This document shows positions 1 to 6,886 of a stretch of 26,383 nucleotides of DNA, piece by piece; position 1 is the stretch's first letter; the number at the start of each line of letters is the position of its first letter. The notes beneath the pieces are model-generated. The model worked only from the letters and a program-made list of their open reading frames with translations. It ran no database searches and was not told the origin of the DNA. The translations under genes were made by a program, and so were the position numbers. The stretch lies in the IMG/VR virus record IMGVR_UViG_3300037755_001295, positions 1-26,383 of that record. One strand, 5' to 3'. Origin of the DNA: a virus. Taxonomy: Duplodnaviria; Caudoviricetes.

Positions 1-19
1 CGGCGGCCGCCGACCGGGC

Positions 20-376
20 GTGGTGGCGGTGGTGCGGTGGACGGTCGGCGTGATCGCCGCGGCGATCAGCTGGGGCCACATGTACGGCATGGCCCTCGCG
101 GCGGGGGAGCACCTGTGGCTGGCCCGGGCGTGGCCGATCACCGTCGATGGGCTCGTGGTGGTGGCGATGCGCCACCGGGGCCCGGCGGGGCGGTGGTGGC
201 TGTGCGTCGCGCTCGGGGTGTCGTTGCTGTCGAACGTCGCGGCGCAGTTCCCCGAGATCGTGGGCACGACCCCCGCGATCCGTATCGCGGTGGCGGCATG
301 GCCGGCCTTGGCGTTCGCCGGTGTCCACCAACTCACCCACGACCCCCACCACGACGACGAACAGGACGACCGGTGA
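20..376 (+). CDS. DUF2637-family multi-pass membrane protein (start may lie upstream of the window)
   Basis: About 4 hydrophobic segments with family-like motifs AAAISWGH, AWPITVDGLVV, SLLSNVA and VAAWPALAF; GTGA overlap with next gene. Confidence 0.75.
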   Translation: MVAVVRWTVGVIAAAISWGHMYGMALAAGEHLWLARAWPITVDGLVVVAMRHRGPAGRWWLCVALGVSLLSNVAAQFPEIVGTTPAIRIAVAAWPALAFAGVHQLTHDPHHDDEQDDR

Positions 377-684
377 GCGACAACACCGGCCCCACCGGCC
401 CCGATTTCGAGCCGGCCGTCGTGGTGGTCTGCATGCTGGCCGGGGCACTGGCGGCCGTGGGGCTCGACGTCGAGCCCCAGGTCAACGAGGCGGGCCGGTG
501 GACCAACGTGCTCGAGCTGCGCTGGGCGCTCGGGAACTTCTCGATCACGGTCGAACCGCTCGAGCGCCCGTTGATCACGTGCCTGCGGTGCGGGGCGACG
601 AGCCGGAACACCACCGACGTGGCCGAGGGCTACTGCGGGCACTGCCACGACTGGACCTCACCAGCCCGGCCCGCTGGATCGTGA
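373..684 (+). CDS. Small phage zinc-finger protein (103 aa)
   Basis: GTG at 373 overlaps the upstream TGA; C-terminal ITCLRCGATSRNTTDVAEGYCGHCH (CxxC...CxxCH); its stop overlaps the next start (GTGA 681-684). Confidence 0.7.
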   Translation: MSDNTGPTGPDFEPAVVVVCMLAGALAAVGLDVEPQVNEAGRWTNVLELRWALGNFSITVEPLERPLITCLRCGATSRNTTDVAEGYCGHCHDWTSPARPAGS

Positions 685-2480
685 CCGCGGCGAAGCCCGG
701 CGCTGCCGGTGGTCTGCGGTTGGGTGAGGACCTGGTGCTGCCGGAGTGGTTCGCGACCGAGGGCGTGGTGGCGATCGGCATGCGGGGCAGCGGGAAGTCG
801 AACACGCTGGTGCGGTGGGCGGAGGTCCTCTACACGGCGGGGATCCCGTTCGTCGCGATCGACCCGAAGGGCGACTGGGGTGGGATCCGATCGTCGGCCG
901 ACGGGACCCGCCCGGGCCTCGCGGTGCCGATGTTCGGGGGGATCGAGCAGAGCTTCCCGCTCACCGAGACCCTCGGCGCGGTGATCGCCGATCTGCTCGT
1001 CGACCACAACCTCTCCGCGGTGCTCGACGTGTCGCGCCTGTCGCACGCGGGCCGGGCCCGGTTCCTGACCGAGTTCTTCGGCCGGTTGATGGACCGCCAC
1101 CAGCTCGAACCCCATGTGCGGTGCGTCATCTGCGAGGAGGCGCATCGCTACATCCCCCAGAAGGTGTCCCGCGACACGGCGAAGCTCAAGGAAGCGGCCG
1201 CTGCGGTGCTGTTGGAGGGCCGGGCGTTCGGCCTGGGCGGGTGGTTCGCGACACAGCGGCCGGCACGGCTGCACAAGGACGTGCTGGAGGAGGTCGGCAC
1301 CGTGGTGTTGCACCGCCTCGGTGTGGCGGCCACCAACGACCTGCGCACCGCGGCGGGGTGGGTCCGCCACGAGGACCTCGGCGACGAGATCGTCGAGTCA
1401 CTGACCAAGCTCGACTCCGGCGAGGCCTGGATCCTGGCGCCATCCACGCTGGGCATCGCCCGGCGGGTCCGCGTCGACCGACGGATCACCTTCGACTCGG
1501 CCGCGACACCGCTCGTCGGTGCCGGGTCGCGACCGGCCCTGACCCTCGCTGACGTCGACGCCACCGCGATCAAAGAGGCGCTGGCGGAGACCATCGAACA
1601 GACGAAGGCTGACGACCCACGGGAGCTGCGCCGGCGGATCACACAGCTCGAACGCCAACTCGCCACCGTCGAGCCCGTGCCAGCGCCGGCGCCGGTGCTC
1701 GACGACGAGGTCCTGGCCCGCCTCGAGCAGTTGCTCGCTCCGGTCGGTGCGCTCGTCGACGACATCCGGGCCCGCATCGCCACCGTGCCAGAGCCCGAGG
1801 TCGGGCGAGCTGTCGACGATCGGTTGCCCACGATCTGTTTCAGCTGCCACCAGCCGATCCCCGCCGCCGAGTACGTCGAGCACCGCCGGCACTGCCAGGA
1901 CGACATCGCCACCGCCAACCAGGAACGGCTGGCGGTCGCCCGCGTCGGCGCCGATCCCGCTGACGGGCCCAGGCTGGGCCGGGCCGAGCGGCGGGTGCTC
2001 GGCGTCCTGGTGCAGTACCCGGCGGGCCGGAGCCGGGTGCAGCTGGCGTTGCTGTCGGGCTACTCGATCCGCTCCAGCTCGCTGTCGAACGCCCTCGGCA
2101 CGTTGCGCTCCGCTGGCTACGTCACCCCGGGCGGCGAGCCGATCCAGGCCACCGCCGAGGGGATCACCGCCGCGGCCCCGGTCGAGCCGCTCCCGACCGG
2201 CGACGAGCTCTACCGCTACTGGCGGTCGAGGCTCGGCCGGGCCGAACGAGCGGTGCTCGACGTGTTCGTCGATGCCTGGCCCAACCCGGTCGAGCGTGAC
2301 ACCCTCGCCCAGCGCAGCGGCTACTCAGCGACCAGCTCGAGCCTGTCGAACGCGCTCGGCAAGCTGCGGTCACTCGAGCTCCTCGACGGCTGGCGGGCCA
2401 GCGACGACCTCATGACCCTATCGGCTGGGCGAAACCAACCCAATACACATCATCACGCAACGGAAGGAAAGCAAATCTAG
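681..2480 (+). CDS. HerA/FtsK-superfamily (DUF87-like) ATPase with coiled coil, C2HC zinc finger and two C-terminal winged-helix repeats (599 aa)
   Basis: Walker A GMRGSGKS, IDPKGD, Walker B VICEEAH, GRAFGLGGWFATQRP; two repeats LGRAER..L...SGYS..SSSLSNALG.LRS. Start set at GTGA overlap 681. Confidence 0.85.
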   Translation: MTAAKPGAAGGLRLGEDLVLPEWFATEGVVAIGMRGSGKSNTLVRWAEVLYTAGIPFVAIDPKGDWGGIRSSADGTRPGLAVPMFGGIEQSFPLTETLGAVIADLLVDHNLSAVLDVSRLSHAGRARFLTEFFGRLMDRHQLEPHVRCVICEEAHRYIPQKVSRDTAKLKEAAAAVLLEGRAFGLGGWFATQRPARLHKDVLEEVGTVVLHRLGVAATNDLRTAAGWVRHEDLGDEIVESLTKLDSGEAWILAPSTLGIARRVRVDRRITFDSAATPLVGAGSRPALTLADVDATAIKEALAETIEQTKADDPRELRRRITQLERQLATVEPVPAPAPVLDDEVLARLEQLLAPVGALVDDIRARIATVPEPEVGRAVDDRLPTICFSCHQPIPAAEYVEHRRHCQDDIATANQERLAVARVGADPADGPRLGRAERRVLGVLVQYPAGRSRVQLALLSGYSIRSSSLSNALGTLRSAGYVTPGGEPIQATAEGITAAAPVEPLPTGDELYRYWRSRLGRAERAVLDVFVDAWPNPVERDTLAQRSGYSATSSSLSNALGKLRSLELLDGWRASDDLMTLSAGRNQPNTHHHATEGKQI

Positions 2481-2593
2481 TGGAATATCTCGTTTACCTT
2501 TTCTGCGATAGCGTTCGAGGCGGGATGCTTGTCGTTTGCGCATGGACGGAAAACTTTATGTACTTCCACGGAACCCCGTTCTACGCCGGCTAA
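2480..2593 (+). CDS. Putative 37-aa peptide MEYLVYLFCDSVRGGMLVVCAWTENFMYFHGTPFYAG (not in ORF track)
   Basis: GTG at 2480 overlaps the ATPase TAG; GGAAGGA upstream at 2462-2468; open to TAA at 2591-2593; spans the AT-rich patch. Confidence 0.45.
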   Translation: MEYLVYLFCDSVRGGMLVVCAWTENFMYFHGTPFYAG

Positions 2594-2654
2594 TGGTCGG
2601 CCCCCCGCCGATCTACGATCGGTGACCGGCGGACGACAGCAGGAAAGGGCCGGC

Positions 2655-3155
2655 ATGGCGGCACATTCGAGGCGCCGGGACGGGGTGCATACGCGTCCGT
2701 TGCGTGGCGGCCCGGCATCCGGTCTCCTCGTGGCTGGAGCGGTTGCTGCGGCTGCGGTGGCTGGGCTGATGGGCGGGCTGATCATCGCCGAGGTGCGTGA
2801 CGACGATGCGCCGGCGGCGTCAGATGCTGATGCCCAGGCGGTTCGTGACCTGGCCGAGATGGCGGAGGCGGCCGAGGATGCGCGTCCGTGCGGCGAGGTG
2901 TTCGCTCCGGGGCGGCCAGTGGCCGACGTGCTGGCCGAGGCCGACGCCAGCGGCATGTGTGAGCGGGGCCCTGACGACAGGCTGCTAACCGGCTTCGTTA
3001 CCTGGGACTGTCCCGACGGAACGACGATCCACCAAGCGTCTGACGGACAAGGCTGGGGCCGCGACGGCCAGACCTGGCAAGGCCCCGACGTGCCCGAGCC
3101 CTACGCCGATTGCGTGCTACCTGGGGCCGACCCGCAGCATCCGGTCGAGCCTTGA
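2655..3155 (+). CDS. Single-pass membrane protein with 4-Cys extracytoplasmic domain (166 aa)
   Basis: AGGAAAGGG before ATG 2655; basic N-terminus, hydrophobic LLVAGAVAAAAVAGLMGGLII, then an acidic domain with four Cys. Confidence 0.7.
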   Translation: MAAHSRRRDGVHTRPLRGGPASGLLVAGAVAAAAVAGLMGGLIIAEVRDDDAPAASDADAQAVRDLAEMAEAAEDARPCGEVFAPGRPVADVLAEADASGMCERGPDDRLLTGFVTWDCPDGTTIHQASDGQGWGRDGQTWQGPDVPEPYADCVLPGADPQHPVEP

Positions 3156-3178
3156 GCCGATAACGGCCGGACCGCGGG

Positions 3179-3388
3179 TCAGGCGTCGGTGCTCAACGGC
3201 TGGTCCCACTCTCCGGCGGCACACGCGGCCACGAAGGTGGCCATGGCGTCGGGTGAGAAGGACAGGGTCCCGCGGTCGGGGTGGTTGCTGTTGCGCACCA
3301 GCACCGAGCCGGCGTTCTCGGCGACGGCGACGCAGTCACCGTTCGAGCCGCTGTAGCTCGACGTGCGCCAGGTGGGAGGGGTGGTCAT
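3179..3388 (-). CDS. DUF397-family protein (Scr2/BldB-like)
   Basis: WRTSSYSGSNGDCVAVA...VLVRNS...L.F...F signature; ATGA overlap with the upstream Xre gene. Confidence 0.93.
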   Translation of the reverse strand: MTTPPTWRTSSYSGSNGDCVAVAENAGSVLVRNSNHPDRGTLSFSPDAMATFVAACAAGEWDQPLSTDA

Positions 3389-4194
3389 CGGCGGTACTCC
3401 TTGGCGATGCTCTGGATGAGGTCGACGGTCTGGTCGGGGTCCAGAGCGACGTCGACGAGGTGATCGAAGAGGATGCTGTGGGCTTCGATCTCGTGGTCCC
3501 GGTCGAGGTAGTGCGGGCCGGCCCGGTCCTCGGTGACCGCCATGTAGGGGGCGGTGGCGCCAAGCTGCGTCAGCAGCGAGAACGACCCGAACGCGGCGCT
3601 GAACCGGCCGGCGTCAAGCGGGAGCACGAGCACGTCGACGTTGGGGCGCTCGGCGACCTCGACTAGCCGGTCGAGCTGGGCGGCCATCACGTCACGTCCG
3701 CCCGCGGAGCGGCGCAGCACGGATTCGTCGAGCACAACCGACAGGTGAAGGGGGTCGGGCGACCGGGTCAGGGCGGTCTGGCGGGCGACGCGGGTCTCGA
3801 CCCGCCGGGCGATGCCTTCTTCGCTCCGGGGGACAACGTCGGCTCGCTCAACGGCGAAGGCATACTCGGCGGTCTGGAGCAGGGCGTGGACGACGAGCGG
3901 TTCCCACACCGCCTTCTCGACGGCGGCCTGCTCGAGTGAGGCGAGATGGCCGAGCCACCCGGGGACGGCGTGGCCGTTGACCGGCTGGGGGTCCTTCGAG
4001 AGCGCCAGCGCTAGCTGTGCCGGCGTCCACTCCAGCGCCTCGGCCAAGGTCCTGCGGTCGCCAGCACGCGGCGTGCTGATCCCTGCCTCGCACCGGCGGT
4101 AGGTGCGCACGTCGCAGCCTGCCGCCCGGGCTACGTCCGTTTGGGTGAGACCAAGCTCCTCGCGGCGCTCGATCAGGCGTTGTCGGCGTGCCAT
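3385..4194 (-). CDS. Xre HTH + DUF5753 transcriptional regulator (Scr1/WhiJ-like)
   Basis: N-terminal HTH (RREELGLTQTDVA...YRRCEAG); C-terminal LLQTAEYA, VVLDESVLRR..GG..VMAAQL, ALDPDQT..LI. Start at ATG 4194 after AAGGGA; GTG 4227 is an alternative. Confidence 0.92.
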   Translation of the reverse strand: MARRQRLIERREELGLTQTDVARAAGCDVRTYRRCEAGISTPRAGDRRTLAEALEWTPAQLALALSKDPQPVNGHAVPGWLGHLASLEQAAVEKAVWEPLVVHALLQTAEYAFAVERADVVPRSEEGIARRVETRVARQTALTRSPDPLHLSVVLDESVLRRSAGGRDVMAAQLDRLVEVAERPNVDVLVLPLDAGRFSAAFGSFSLLTQLGATAPYMAVTEDRAGPHYLDRDHEIEAHSILFDHLVDVALDPDQTVDLIQSIAKEYRR

Positions 4195-4230
4195 CGCCGA
4201 TTCCCTTCGTCCTCTGGTGCGACCCACAGT

Positions 4231-4341
4231 AGCGCGGGGTTCCTGCGCACTGAGGGTCGGAACGCCCTCTCAGTGTCCGGTTCATGCGTCTACCGGTGCA
4301 CGCACGGAAGGGGGCATGCTGGCGCGTAGAACCCCCGCGCT
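4231..4341. promoter_or_regulatory. Divergent control region with long inverted repeat and inner hairpin
   Basis: Arms 4231-4250 and 4322-4341 are reverse complements at 16/20 positions; inner CACTGAG (4248-4254)/CTCAGTG (4269-4275); lies between divergent genes. Confidence 0.5.
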
Positions 4342-4387
4342 GATGGCACAGCCGGGGGCACGGCCGACACCCCAGAGGAGGTGCGAC

Positions 4388-4585
4388 GTGGTCGAAGGTA
4401 CATCGCTAGTTTCCGAGGCGCACGCGGCATATCTCGATGCCCGAGGCTGGGCGCTCGGAGCCTCCAGACGGCGTGTCGCTCGCCGGGTCCACCGGTTGGA
4501 GCACCGCCGCGAACGTGGCCGCCTCGACGGCCAGGGGCTCGCTCAGCTCAAGGGGCTCCGCCACGGACAGGCGGCCCGGACATGA
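4388..4585 (+). CDS. Small basic hypothetical protein (65 aa)
   Basis: Strong RBS GAGGAGGTG 4375-4383 before GTG 4388; Arg-rich; ATGA overlap with next gene. Confidence 0.55.
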   Translation: MVEGTSLVSEAHAAYLDARGWALGASRRRVARRVHRLEHRRERGRLDGQGLAQLKGLRHGQAART

Positions 4586-4830
4586 GGATCTCCCAGGGTG
4601 AGGGGCAGATGCACCCGAGCAACGAGCAGCTGGCCGAGGTCGCCCACCCTGCGGTCGTCGAGCGACTGTCCAAGGACATGCTCGCCACGGCGGCTGTCCT
4701 CGACGCCACGAATGCCCGCTCGTTCGCTGCCGACGACCCGTGGAAGGCCCTGGCCACGCTGCGGGAGTCGGTCAACGCTCTCTCCGACGAGGCCGAGCTA
4801 CACCGGCCCGATCTTCCGCCCGGGAGGTGA
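4582..4830 (+). CDS. Small helical hypothetical protein (82 aa)
   Basis: ATGA overlap; GC-rich third positions; amphipathic helices; alternative ATG at 4609. Confidence 0.65.
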   Translation: MRISQGEGQMHPSNEQLAEVAHPAVVERLSKDMLATAAVLDATNARSFAADDPWKALATLRESVNALSDEAELHRPDLPPGR

Positions 4831-4837
4831 CCACCAA

Positions 4838-5007
4838 GGGAACCGACCCCGCCAGGGCGGTTCCTGCGCTCCCTGACGGACCCGCGGCCCCTTGGTGGGT
4901 GGTCGTGGGTGGCTGTCGGTCCCGCTCGTACCTGGCACGGGGAGCGGCGCGGGACCGACAAGCCGAGGGCCCCGACGGGGCGCACCGCCCGGTTGGGGTG
5001 TTTGGTT
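4838..5007 (+). ncRNA. Candidate structured RNA: four consecutive stem-loops ending in a terminator-like hairpin
   Basis: Stems at 4839-4864, 4880-4910, 4911-4964 and 4970-4998, followed by TGTTTGGTT; G-U pairs form only on the + strand. Confidence 0.4.
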
Positions 5008-5161
5008 GGTGCTGGCGGAGACTGTCTGTGGTCATGAACGTGATGAGCACACCGAACGAGCGGCACACGCCGGAGGTTGGCGGCGATGTGTTCGATCGCA
5101 TCCTCTACCGCGGTGCCGGCGGGGCCGGATTGGTCGCTGGTTGGCGCCTGGAGGGCCGTTC

Positions 5162-5578
5162 GTGGCCCGGGTGACCGTGTGGGTGCCCGATGCGCTGGAC
5201 CGGGCCCGTCGGGCGCATCTGGGGCATGTGCGGTTGTCGTCGTTGGTCCAGGACGCGATCCGGGAGCGGTTGGATTGCGAGCACCAGCAGCTGGCGTGCG
5301 CGGTGTGTGACCTGCCGGTTGATCGGAGCGCGTTGTTGTCGGGGGCGGTGGTCGGGTTCTATCGGGACTCCTTGGCGGCGTTGGAGCCGTTGGTGGCCCG
5401 GGTGGGGACCGCGGAGGGCGCGGCCCGGGTCCTCAAGGCCACGGCTCGACGTTGGGACCTGCCCGGTGTCGAGATGATCGGTCTGCCCCGCCCGTCGCGG
5501 TCTCAGCTCGAGGAGGCCGGCGCCACCAAGTACGAGCGTCACGCGGGCCGATCCCGGCGGATCCTCCCGCCGGGCTGA
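5162..5578 (+). CDS. Ribbon-helix-helix (CcdA/CopG-like) DNA-binding protein with C-x-H/CxxC zinc motif (138 aa)
   Basis: GGAGG before GTG 5162; ARVTVWVPDAL...LSSLVQDAIRERL RHH pattern, then CEHQQLACAVC. Confidence 0.7.
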   Translation: MARVTVWVPDALDRARRAHLGHVRLSSLVQDAIRERLDCEHQQLACAVCDLPVDRSALLSGAVVGFYRDSLAALEPLVARVGTAEGAARVLKATARRWDLPGVEMIGLPRPSRSQLEEAGATKYERHAGRSRRILPPG

Positions 5579-5607
5579 TCTCGGTGATTTGGCCGAAAAC
5601 GGCGAAC

Positions 5608-5637
5608 GAGGCCCGGACCCAACTGGGTCCGGGCCTC
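5608..5637. terminator. Strong hairpin, probable bidirectional terminator ending the late operon
   Basis: Perfect inverted repeat GAGGCCCGGACCCA-AC-TGGGTCCGGGCCTC between convergent genes; GTTCGCCGTTTT follows on the minus strand. Confidence 0.8.
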
Positions 5638-5673
5638 AGGGCTCGCAGGAAGACAACCGCCAGGGGGCGGGGG

Positions 5674-5931
5674 CTAGTCGTCTGGTCGGTCGGGTGGGAG
5701 CAGACCGCGCTGGTCGGCGGGGACGGTGGTGAGCCGGCGGATGGCGGTTGCCGCAGCACCGGCGATGGCGGTGACGGTGGCGCCGAGTTGGAACGCGTTG
5801 TCTTGCCAGCCGTCGGGGAGCTGTGGGGTGATCTCGGCGATGAACGCGCTGATCGCGACGGCGAGGGCGGTGACGAGGGTGACCGCGGAGGTGGCGATGA
5901 CGACGGCGCGGCGGGTGAGGTCGCTGATCAC
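5674..5931 (-). CDS. Holin-like protein, 2 TM segments (85 aa)
   Basis: GTGA overlap start; two hydrophobic helices, charged C-terminus; last gene of the lysis cassette. Confidence 0.65.
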   Translation of the reverse strand: MISDLTRRAVVIATSAVTLVTALAVAISAFIAEITPQLPDGWQDNAFQLGATVTAIAGAAATAIRRLTTVPADQRGLLPPDRPDD

Positions 5932-6263
5932 GCCGCGTTCTCCGTCCGCTCGGTCGCCTCGGTCGCCTCGGTGGCCTCGGTGGGGGGCCGGGCGTAGGCG
6001 ATGGTGACGGTGACGTGTTCGTCGGCCCACCCCTCGGTGGGGGCGTGGCGGGGGTTGGCGTGGCCGGTGATGTGGACGTCGACGTCGTCGTGGTCGCGGC
6101 CGATGGCTGCGACGATGAGGGGGACCGCCTGGGCGAGGGCGGCGAGGTGGTCGCGGGTCTCGGCGGGGGCGGGCCCGGGCGGGTCGTAGCCGGTGATGGC
6201 GGCGCCTGTCGCGGCGGGCGGGGTCGTCTTGGCGACGCGGGGCAGGTTGATGCTGTAGCTCAT
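5928..6263 (-). CDS. Soluble hypothetical protein in lysis cassette (111 aa)
   Basis: AAAGGA before ATG 6263; motif VHITGHANPRHAPTEGWADEHVTVTI; (TEA)3 tail from a 9-nt repeat. Confidence 0.7.
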   Translation of the reverse strand: MSYSINLPRVAKTTPPAATGAAITGYDPPGPAPAETRDHLAALAQAVPLIVAAIGRDHDDVDVHITGHANPRHAPTEGWADEHVTVTIAYARPPTEATEATEATERTENAA

Positions 6264-6303
6264 CGGCAGGGGGTCCTTTCGGACGGGGGCCGGGGTGGCC
6301 GGG

Positions 6304-6609
6304 TTAGAGGAGGGAGCAGTCGCGTCGGGGGAACAGGTCGGCGAGCTCGGCCCGGAACTGGGCGTCGAACGCGGCGATCTGGGCGTCGGTGGCGCCGAGG
6401 GCCTCGCCGAGGTGTTGGTCGTGGAGCGCGAACGCGGCGGGTAGGTCGCGGCGCCGGAAGTCGTTGCCGGCCTCGCAGCGCTGCTGGTCCTCGATGACCA
6501 CGACGACGACCAGGGCGACGAGGACGGCCACACCGGCGATGGCGCCGGCGACGAGTGACCGAAGCCCGCGGAGGGTCGCTCTCGGGATCTCGACCGAGTC
6601 GCCGTTCAT
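6304..6609 (-). CDS. Single-TM lysis-accessory membrane protein with 2 Cys
   Basis: ATGA overlap; TM LVAGAIAGVAVLVALVVVVVI, then a helical domain bracketed by Cys. Confidence 0.7.
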   Translation of the reverse strand: MNGDSVEIPRATLRGLRSLVAGAIAGVAVLVALVVVVVIEDQQRCEAGNDFRRRDLPAAFALHDQHLGEALGATDAQIAAFDAQFRAELADLFPRRDCSLL

Positions 6610-6701
6610 CGGATGCAGGTGGTCAGCCAGGCGACGAGCAGCCCGACCGTCAGGGCGGCGGTGCCGAGCCGGTCGCGGTGGACGAGCAGCCAGTCGATCA
6701 C
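6606..6701 (-). CDS. 31-aa single-TM peptide (MIDWLLVHRDRLGTAALTVGLLVAWLTTCIR)
   Basis: GGAGGT RBS; GTGA overlap upstream and ATGA overlap downstream fill the gap exactly. Confidence 0.6.
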   Translation of the reverse strand: MIDWLLVHRDRLGTAALTVGLLVAWLTTCIR

Positions 6702-6883
6702 TGAGACACCTCCCGCAGGCGGGCGAACGCGTGGCCCAGCTCGGTCAGGCCCCAGACCGCCCCGATGAACAGCAGGGGCACCAGGCGGCCACCCCACAAC
6801 GCCAGCTCGAGCGTCCCCCAGACGAGCCCGGCGAGGAACTTGGTCGCCCGCTCGAACTGGGTCCAGGTGATCCTCGGCCACAC
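6698..6883 (-). CDS. Small 2-TM membrane protein (holin-like)
   Basis: 61 aa, two short hydrophobic segments, directly after the endolysin. Confidence 0.65.
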   Translation of the reverse strand: MWPRITWTQFERATKFLAGLVWGTLELALWGGRLVPLLFIGAVWGLTELGHAFARLREVSQ

Positions 6884-6886
6884 CGG

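Noticed and set aside
147-680. N-terminal 178 aa of the 777-aa ORF, and similar Arg/Pro-rich extensions on ORFs 10461..13877, 23998..25446, 16927..18435 and 16511..17533
   Set aside because: Off-frame read-through of neighbouring real genes; true starts are marked by stop/start overlaps.
3179-4194. Calling Xre/DUF397 a toxin-antitoxin system
   Set aside because: That label was a prediction; characterised Streptomyces pairs act as regulators, and nothing here shows toxicity.
5080-5095. Possible LexA box (ATGTGTTCGA)
   Set aside because: Only one half of TCGAAC-N4-GTTCGA is present.
5034-5174. 46-aa ORF MNVMSTPNERH... upstream of the RHH gene
   Set aside because: Short, no motif and weak coding signal; cannot be supported, though not excluded.
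5580-5673. att site or integrase remnant after the lysis genes
   Set aside because: No recombinase motifs, tRNA fragment or direct repeat found; the hairpin is adequately explained as a terminator.
5950-5982. 9-nt tandem repeat as CRISPR or regulatory array
   Set aside because: Three in-frame copies encoding TEA in a protein tail, with no spacers. No CRISPR array, tRNA or rRNA was seen in the window.
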